A stretch of 37,473 bases of DNA, from positions 27,306,528 through 27,344,000 of the forward strand of contig NW_024704746.1 in NCBI RefSeq assembly GCF_018977255.1, in the 5' to 3' direction. The notes under the pieces are model-generated. The model made no database searches, was not told the origin of the DNA, and worked only from the letters and a program-made list of their open reading frames with translations. Made by a program: the position numbers and the translations under genes. Below, in pieces: positions 29,236 through 37,473 of this stretch. Positions within the stretch are counted from its first letter, which is position 1; each line of letters starts with the position of its first letter. This DNA comes from Callorhinchus milii (Eukaryota).

Positions 29236-31058
29236 TTCACAATTGACCAACGCAAATAAGATTGTCGTCACGGAATACTACAACAACATTCTCATTATTG
29301 TTTTTCCTCAGCCCAAGATTTACTTTTCTGATATTTTAAGAAATTTCCCAATTTAACAATCCAATCAGGAACTCGTGTCAATTATCATTAATAATAAACA
29401 TTGCATTTGATATAGAGTCGCATCACATCTTTGAGACATTTCACGGAATATACTGAGAGTATATATTTTTTGTGGGCGAAACACTTTACGTTTTGCACAG
29501 CACAGGAATCAAACCCAGGTCCTCTCGCTTGCAAGGCGAGTCCTCAAGCAATTGCTACAGGATCCCACATCTTAATCATTCCCAATAGGTGACAAAGTGT
29601 TGTTTGAGGGGTTCTTACACAGAATTGTTTACTGATACTGTGAGAATTCACAAAGCGTGAGAACAGTAGCTGTGTCTGTTTTGCAATACTTTCCGTTGCT
29701 TTTTATTATGTAGAAATAGTGACTTGTTATTGGAAATAGATCAGACTTTGGGACAGGGAAGTAAAGTCTGTCTGTCTGGCTTTGGGGCTATTTGGAGGAG
29801 AAGTTCCTCCCAAACATTTGTAAAGTTATTGACTGAATTAGGAGTTTAATACAGCAATCCACGGCTTAACAAAATTCTGTAGGACATTTTACCAGCCTTA
29901 AAACATGTATATTATTAGGATAAAATCCTTCATTGGGTCCTATTAACAGGTTATCTGTAGATTAGCATCACTTTACCCTATGAATTCTTTTGTTTTAAAT
30001 GGGTTTAAGACCAGCATTAATTACAGCTGTCACTTTGTTAGACAGGCTGCTATAGAAAGGTCCTAAAGACCGTGTTGGTCAACAGTTGCCTCCTTCAAGG
30101 CCCGTCTCAAGACCCTCCTGTTCGACCGCACCATCGGTCACCCTCCTACCCCCACCCTCCTTGCCCTCCACCCACCCCCAATGCCAACTCGCAGCACTGG
30201 GTCCAAATCCCTGACTGTCCAGCGCCTTGGGACGTCCTTTATATGTGAAAGATGCTATACAAGTGCAATGTGTTGTGGTACTATAATATTCTTCGCTATT
30301 TCCAATTCCCTTCATCTTCAATTCAATTCCCTTAAATAATATTTGTCCTGGAAATGCTTCTGTTATTGGTCTCCTCCATGTCCAGCAATAACTCTTTGGG
30401 CCCAATGAGGCTTGTGTAGAGGAAGATCTGATCAGAGCTGATCATCAGCACCCAGAACTGTGTAGTGACTAAGGGCAGTGAATTGATGGTGATAACAGAA
30501 ATAGTGAAGAATATTATATCACAACAACACATTACTTCCCTATTCCAAAGTCTGATCTATTTCCAATAACAAGTCACTATTTCTACATAATAAAAACCAA
30601 TGGAAAGTATTGCAAAACAGACACAGCTACTGTTCTCACGCTTTGTGAATTCTCAGAGTATCAGTAAACAATTCTGTGTAAGAACCCCTCAAACAACACT
30701 TTGTCACATATTGGGAATGATTAAGATGTGGGATCCTGTAGCAATTGCTTGAGGACTCGCCTTGCAAGCGAGAGGACCTGGGTTTGATTCCTGTGCAGTG
30801 CAAAACGTAAAGTGTTTCGCCCACAAAAATATATACTCTCAGTATATTCCGTGAAATGTCTCAAAGATGTGATGCGACTCTATATCAAATGCAATGTTTA
30901 TTATTAATGATAATTGACACGAGTTCCTGATTGGATTGTTAAATAGGGAAGTTTCTTAAAATATCAGGAAAGTAAATCTTGGGCTGAGGAAAAACAATAA
31001 TGAGAATGTTGTTGTAGTATTCCGTGACGACAATCTTATTTGCGTTGTCAATTGTGAA
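29236..31058. repeat. Large inverted repeat upstream of copy B: arms 29236-29764 and 30532-31058, spacer 29765-30531
   Basis: Arms align as reverse complements over ~528 bp with only scattered differences. Each arm contains a decayed SINE (~29388-29568 and its mirror). Confidence 0.95.
30080..30280 (+). mobile_element. L2-like 3' fragment inside the palindrome spacer
   Basis: CCTCCTTCAAGGCCCGTCTCAAGACCCTCCTGTTCGACCG...CAGCGCCTTGGGACGTCC matches the 3' end of 14645-15996. Confidence 0.8.
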
Positions 31059-31871
31059 GTACTTTCGAACAGGAAACTAAATGTACACACGTTTAACACA
31101 CTACAGAAATGTAAATTTGTATTGTACCTTCCAAGCACCACGTTCTTGGGTTTTACTTTAAGTTATATTTATCTTAATTTTAAACATGTCAATCGTCTCT
31201 TCCCCGGAGAGGAAAGCTCCACCCTGTCCGGTCTCTCTCGGTGGCTGTGTGATGACAGGGAATTGTTTCCTCTCTAAAGCATGTCTTGTTCTTGTGACAC
31301 ATTCTTGTGAAATCCAGTATCTGTTTATCGTACATGAGTAACGTCCACATACAGTCACATAACAAAATATTGGCTGTGACCCAAGAAAGACAGAAAACCA
31401 TCTAATGAGACGATGTGACATGAATTCTTACATGAAAGTTGACTTTTTTCTTACATGGTGTTGACTGTCAATTCAGTCAATATCTAATTTGCAAAGTAAA
31501 GAGACTTTGGGACTGTGAACCCATACAGTCTGAGGCTCCAATGTAATGCTAGGAATCTGCTGCATTGGTGGAGGGGCCGTCCTTCATAGAACCAAAGAAT
31601 TATAGAATTATACAGCACAGAAGGAGGCCATTCGGCCCATCGTGTCGGTGCTGGGAAACAGCACTAAGTAAATGGAACAAATAACCAGATTTCTGAAATA
31701 GTGATTTTTAAAAAAAAATAAGCCCAAAGAATGGCTCCAATGTGCAGATATCAGGGAGAGAGGAGGATTAATTTCCACAGCAGTCTTCAGAAATGACTGG
31801 AAATAGTGTTTCATAACTGAATCAGTGTGATAGGTTGCAAATGCCACATTGGTTTAGAATTTTGAAACACG

Positions 31872-32568
31872 ACAACAACAACAACAACAACAACAAGATT
31901 CCACTTATAGAGCGCCTTTCACGTCAGGAGGACGTCCCAAGGCACTGCACAGTTGGGTCATGACCCGAGCATGGTCAGGGTGAGGGGAGGGAAGGGAGGG
32001 AGCGAGGAGGGGGAAGAGAGTCGAGAGGGGAGCTGAAGGCTGAAGGTCAAAGAGAAAGGCCTTGAGACCGGCCTTGAAGGAGGAGAGGGAGGAGGCAATG
32101 CGAAGGCACTGGGGATGGAGTTCCAGAGCCTCGGGGCTGAGAGGCTGAAGGCCCGACCACCGATGGTAGGGCGGTTGGGGCGGGGGACGTGGAGCAGACC
32201 GGAGCCAGAGGAACGGAGGGTACGGGCAGGTAGGGAGGGGGAAAGTAGGTTGGAGAGGTAGGAGGGAGCGAGGCCGTGAATGGCCTTGTAGGTGAGTATG
32301 AGGATCTTGAATTCGATCCTCTGGGGGATGGGGAGCCAGTGGAGGCGAGCGAGGGTGAGGGTGAGGGTGGGGGTGATGTGGTCGCGGTGTCTGGTGCGGG
32401 ACAGTACACGAGCTGCAGAGTTCTGAATGACCTGCAGTGTGGAGGGAGGGCCGGGAAGGCCGCGAGGAGAGAGTTCCCATAGTCCAGCCTTGAGGTGACA
32501 AAGGCGTGGACCAGAGTTTCAGCCGCGTGAGGGGTGAGGTAGTGCCGTAGTCTGGCGATGTTCCGGAC
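31872..32568 (-). mobile_element. 5'-truncated L2-clade LINE, same family as 14645-15996
   Basis: Reverse complement closely matches ~15267-15996; (CAA)n tail at 31872-31896. Confidence 0.95.
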
Positions 32569-32603
32569 AGGAAAAAGTCAATCAATATTATTGGTTTCAC
32601 TTT

Positions 32604-32609
32604 TTTATT
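32604..32609 (-). terminator. Candidate polyadenylation signal of SULT copy C
   Basis: AATAAA on the minus strand ~325 nt past the stop codon. Confidence 0.45.
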
Positions 32610-32932
32610 GAAGTGCAATGAGAAGAAACAAACCACAAAGCTGTTCAATAATAAAAATAAATATTCAGATAAATTAACAACAATCCAAAATGTTCATTGA
32701 TCTAATCCTTGGGTTATGTGTGTAATAAGTTTTATATATAAAGAATACAATTCAACACATCATAAATATTACACGCAGCACTGAGTACACTAAGCTCATT
32801 GCCTCATGAACCTTGTGCTGCAGTTTAAGTAAAAAATTCCTGCAATAAATTATTACAAATACAAATATTGTTTGAATCCTAAATCTATTTCCGAAGCACG
32901 AGATTTTCTGCTTCAAAAAACATCCTTCAATG

Positions 32933-35366
32933 TTAACTCTCGTATTTAATAGACTTTGCCAGTTCACTGGAATTCATTCTCTCTCCAAACCGCTCATCAA
33001 ATAGCTTATTCTGTCTTGTGCTGAAATGGTTCTTCCAATCTCCAACAGTACCTAAAGGTTAGAAGGGCAAATAGATTAGTTTGGAACATGTCTAACAGTC
33101 GAATAAATAGTGAGGAACATGGCAGTCATTTATCAAATATATACATATATATGGTGTCCAACACACAACACAATGTTTAATAAGAAAATTAAATATGTCA
33201 ACCATCCCCCTACGTATATTCCGTTATGACTGGTTCTCAAAGGATCAGCAGCAGCAACGCTTAAAGTCAAAATAACTCGAGCAAGTTGTACTCTCCTCAA
33301 CCTGAGAGGAGCAGCAAATCTAACAGAGACTTCAGTCAACACCGAGACATTCTTAATCAGTAAAAGGGGAACTGAGGTTGAGGTACAGATCCGCCATAAT
33401 TTATAGAATAGTGGAACAGGCTCTTGGGGCTGAATGGCCTACTCCGGCTCTATAAGAATCGCCCCATTTTACCCAATTAGCTCTGAATTTACCTAAATCT
33501 GCTGTGACTGTAGCGAATTGTGATCATTACTACAATCTCACTATTTCAGCTCAATCCTGTCACCAAATAAACTCAGAGGAGACGAACCTTTTCGGAATAT
33601 CAGCCTCTTGTTGGATGTCAGAGCACACACAGTGTTATTGGCATCGACCTTTTCCTTCTGCGCCTGTTCCTTCATCTCATTAAAGGACGATTTCCTGGTG
33701 ATGTCGCCAATTTGCTCAGAAGTCAGGTTGACACCCAGGAAGGTGCTGATCTGCTCAACGCACTCGGTCGGATCCTGGAGAAACAATCACAAGAAGAAAA
33801 GCTTGTTATAAAAAGGGAGATAAAACTATCATTAATTTGAATATGAATATTTTCCTCATGGCCCAGTAACAGATACTGTTCAATGAGGATGAGAATCTCT
33901 TTTGCCAGTTTAGTAACTTACAAGAAATGTGTGTATATGAGGAATAGGATTTTCCTGCTTTAGGACAACGGCACATTGTGAATGATGGGACCAAAAGTGC
34001 TGTGGATTCGAGTGAAATCCTCCTGAATTGTTGGTCAAATCTTCCCCAATAAATATTTGCTGGTATTTGTAACCTGTTCCTCATATAGTGAATGAATTGG
34101 TGCCCTGTGGATTCTGATGACTAGATATATATGTAATTGCAGAGATATTACAGGGGTTCTTACTTGTTTAGACCCAATTTGGATGTAAGATGTGACATAG
34201 AATAAAGCAGAACCTTTGTGCACGACCTTACCTTTTTCATGTCCTCGTAATATAGAATGAGAACATTGTCATCATTTTTGTGCTCTTCCCAACTGACAAT
34301 GTGATCGCACCACGAGCCACAAACAACTGCAATAGAAAAGAATAATTGTTTAGCAATTTGTAGATCTAGAAATCTAGATTTTATTTCCAGGAAATTTTTA
34401 TTTATTCACAAATTGAGAGAATGGGTCAGAATTTTAACATTAAATTTAGTGACAATAACTACTACTACTAATAACGATAGTAACAATAACTACTACTACT
34501 ACTAATAATAATATTAGCAATCACTAACTGTGACATAATCTCACCTTCTCCTCTAAGGAACATTTCCAAAAAGGTGGTCCATTTGTCAACGGTTGGCAGG
34601 TTGGGATTATCTTTGTAGTAGTGATACAAGGAAACAGCAGTGTCTTTAGGGTTTCTGATGATGTAGATCATCTGTGAGAAGAGAGAACACAACATGTTCA
34701 GCAAAGATCATACAAACAGCACTAAATATCAGTGCTCAAAGAGCACAATATTAATCAAAGTATTGTTTATGAGTATTGATTATGAGTATTTTGATAAATT
34801 TTAAGTCTTTATGAAACATTAACATTGTAATATGTTGCATGAAAACCATTTCTCTAATGTAAGGATTATTGTGATATTTATCAAGTGTCTGTACCTTGCA
34901 TTTCTTGGTTTTGAGCTGCACTGGCAACATCTTGTAGTTCAGGTGTGTGGGGATCAGTCTCGGGGAAGGAAGATTTCTCAGGTCCTCGTATTTGGAAGGA
35001 TCTCCAAACTCAATGGGAGAGGTCAGTGTCACTGTTCCACAGCCATTTGCACCTTGTTGAGTGCGGTACAGGTTTTTCAGGATCTCTGCCAGCCAGTGAG
35101 TCCCTGTGAGGGTTGAAGAGAGAAAGACAATGAGAGTGAGATATTGTCAAACTATTATCAATAGAAACACACCATCTTCCCTATCTCTGGAGATTTGATT
35201 TTATATTTAATATGTAAAACTTCTTACCTGACTTTGGGTAGGACACCAACAGCACATCATCCTCTCTGGCTTCAAAGGAGTCCAAGGTGTGTAAAAGCTC
35301 TTTTGATGAGCGTGTAGAAAAGGGAATCCCGTTAAAGGTGTGGACGAGGGCTGACTGGGATGGCAT
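32933..35366 (-). CDS. SULT6B2: Cytosolic sulfotransferase, SULT6B2-like, copy C; exons 35228-35366, 34895-35103, 34545-34671, 34232-34326, 33588-33774, 32933-33051
   Basis: Same six exon sizes, all GT-AG, open frame of 291 aa ending KSIKYES*. Confidence 0.9.
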
Positions 35367-35448
35367 GTTGCAGTCGGATTCTCTCTCAGATCTGAGGCTG
35401 TGGAAACGAGAAGAGACTCTGAATGATGAGAGGCTGGAGATCCTCCTG

Positions 35449-35456
35449 TATATATA
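35449..35456 (-). promoter_or_regulatory. TATA box of SULT copy C
   Basis: Identical context to 29168-29175. Confidence 0.6.
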
Positions 35457-35579
35457 CATCCTCTCTGTCCTGTCGTAGTTACACCATTGACGCAACCTTC
35501 AGTACCGGAAAATGATTTCACAATTGACCAACGCAAATAAGATTGTCGTCACGGAATACTACAACAACATTCTCATTAT

Positions 35580-35903
35580 GTGGAGTCCTGTAGCTCAGTG
35601 GTTAGAGCACTCGCTTTGCAAGTGAGAGACCTGAGTTCAATTCCAGGCAGAGGGCCAAACCTTGGGCAAGTTTCCTTACTCCACACAGAGCCTAATAATA
35701 GTCCCTCCAAAACCAAAAACAATAATAAATCGGTGATTTTCAATCTACGACTGTTTGTGGACATTGCTGTGCGCAATTGGCTGCCGCGTTCGCCCACAAA
35801 TATACAGTCAATTCACTTTACAGTGTGTTCTGTGAAGCGCTTTGGGACGTCCTCCCGACGTGAAAAGCGCTATATCAAATGCAAGGATTATTATTATTAT
35901 TAT
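35580..35903 (+). mobile_element. Very recent full-length SINE insertion
   Basis: 324-bp insertion relative to the empty site CTCATTAT^TGTTTTTCC at 29298/29299. Confidence 0.95.
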
Positions 35904-36617
35904 TGTTTTTCCTCAGCCCAAGATTTACTTTTCTGATATTTTAAGAAATTTCCCAATTTAACAATCCAATCAGGAACTCGTGTCAATTATCATTAATAAT
36001 AAACATTGCATTTGATATAGAGTCGCATCACATTTTTGAGACATTTCACGGAATATACTGAGAGTATATATTTTTTGTGGGCGAAACACTTTACGTTTTG
36101 CACTGCACAGGAATCAAACCCAGGTCCTCTCGCTTGCAAGGCGAGTCCTCAAGCAATTGCTACAGGATCCCACATCTTAATCATTCCCAATATGTGACAA
36201 AGTGTTGTTTGAGGGGTTCTTCCACAGAATTGTTTACTGATACTCTGAGAATTCACAAAGCGTGAGAACAGTAGCTGTGTGTTGCAATACTTTCCGTTGC
36301 TTTTTATTATGTAGAAATAGTGACTTGTTATTGGAAATAGATCAGCCTTTGGAATAGGGAAGTAATGTGTTGTTGTGATATAATATTCTTCACTATTTCT
36401 GTTATCACCATCAATTCACTGCCCTTAGTCACTACACAGTTCTGTGTGCTGATGATCAGCTCTGATCAGATCTTCCTCTACACAAGCCTCATTGGGCCCA
36501 AAGAGTTATTGCTGGACATGGAGGAGACCAATAACAGAAGCATTTCCAGGACAAATATTATTTAAGGGAATTGAATTGAAGATGAAGGGGATTGGAAATA
36601 GCGAAGAATATTATAGT

Positions 36618-36818
36618 ACCACAACACATTGCACTTGTATAGCATCTTTCACATATAAAGGACGTCCCAAGGCGCTGGACAGTCAGGGATTTGGACCCAG
36701 TGCTGGGAGTTGGCATTGGGGGTGGGTGGAGGGCAAGGAGGGTGGGGGTAGGAGGGTGACCGAATGTGCGGTCGAACAGGAGGGTCTTGAGACGGGCCTT
36801 GAAGGAGGCAACTGTTGA
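36618..36818 (-). mobile_element. L2-like 3' fragment in the inverted spacer
   Basis: Mirror copy of 30080-30280. Confidence 0.8.
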
Positions 36819-37473
36819 CCAACACGGTCTTTAGGACCTTTCTATAGCAGCCTGTCTAACATAGTGACAGCTGTAATTAATGCTGGTCTTAAACCCATTT
36901 AAAACAATAGAATTCATAGGGTAAAGTGATGCTAATCTACAGCTAAACTGTTAATAGGACCCAATGAAGGATTTTATCCTAATAATATACATGTTTTAAG
37001 GCTGGTAAAATGTCCTACAGAATTTTGTTAAGCCGTGGATTGCTGTATTAAACTCCTAATTCAGTCAATAACTTTACAAATGTTTGGGAGGAACTTCTCC
37101 TCCAAATAGCCCCAAAGCCAGACAGACAGACTTTACTTCTCTGTCCCAAAGGCTGATCTATTTCCAATAACAAGTCACTATTTCTACATAATAAAAAGCA
37201 ACGGAAAGTATTGCAAAACAGACACAGCTACTGTTCTCACGCTTTGTGAATTCTCAGAGTATCAGTAAACAATTCTGTGGAAGAACCCCTCAAACAACAC
37301 TTTGTCACATATTGGGAATGATTAAGATGTGGGATCCTGTAGCAATTGCTTGAGGACTCGCCTTGCAAGCGAGAGGACCTGGGTTTGATTCCTGTGCTGT
37401 GCAAAACGTAAAGTGTTTCGCCCACNAAAAATATATACTCTCAGTATATTCCGTGAAATATCTCGAGAATATG

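Larger units (their letters stand above)
34255..37473. repeat. Near-identical copy of 27974-~30870 (most of SULT exon 4 through the promoter palindrome)
   Basis: Constant offset 6281 up to 35579 and 6605 just after the SINE insertion; spacer inverted; runs off the window end. Confidence 0.93.
35517..37473. repeat. Large inverted repeat upstream of copy C: left arm 35517-36365 (SINE-interrupted), spacer 36366-37132, right arm 37133 to window end
   Basis: Same arms as upstream of B; the spacer is the reverse complement of 29765-30531. Confidence 0.93.

Noticed and set aside
29086-29255. N-terminal extensions of SULT B/C exon 1 ORFs
   Set aside because: They run through the TATA box, are not shared with copy A, and similarity among copies begins at MPSQS.
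29236-31058. Palindrome interpreted as a DNA transposon with long terminal inverted repeats
   Set aside because: No target-site duplication or recognisable transposon termini, no transposase, and both arms contain the same decayed SINE, which fits inverted duplication of host DNA better. Not fully excluded without a copy-number search.
26605-35366. Copies B and C as two haplotypes of one gene assembled in tandem
   Set aside because: Introns 4 and 5 and the 3' flanks are unalignable and exon 6 has many synonymous differences, so the loci are distinct. Local assembly error in the near-identical block remains possible (N at 37426).
30079-37425. Repeated small ORFs (MGETLYVL..., MCCCDIIF..., MGPKSYCW...) on opposite strands
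   Set aside because: Recurrence reflects the duplicated and inverted non-coding block, partly SINE/L2-derived; no splice structure or protein motifs.

Overview
Eukaryotic (vertebrate) genomic DNA, most likely a cartilaginous fish (possibly a chimaera), judged from its tRNA-derived/DeuSINE-like SINEs and L2/CR1 LINE remnants. Two gene systems face each other tail-to-tail. (1) A complete 8-exon CMAS gene (CMP-sialic acid synthetase, + strand, 236-8005, about 387 aa) with a GC-rich tandem array at its 5' end, a G-rich minisatellite in intron 1 and a shortened C-terminal HAD-like domain. (2) Three intact tandem 6-exon cytosolic sulfotransferase genes on the - strand (A 17204-21583, B 26605-29085, C 32933-35366; each 291 aa), best called SULT6B2-like from sequence and from recalled CMAS-SULT6B2 synteny. 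The most unusual structure lies directly upstream of the TATA boxes of copies B and C: each has a palindrome of ~530-bp inverted arms around a ~770-bp spacer, and the spacer is in opposite orientation in the two copies, with signs of a crossover inside the arms and of arm-to-arm conversion. The SULT copies also show patchwork, exon-limited homogenisation and a chimeric breakpoint inside exon 4. All alignments and translations were done by eye and all homologue comparisons are from memory. No tRNA, rRNA or CRISPR features are supported.
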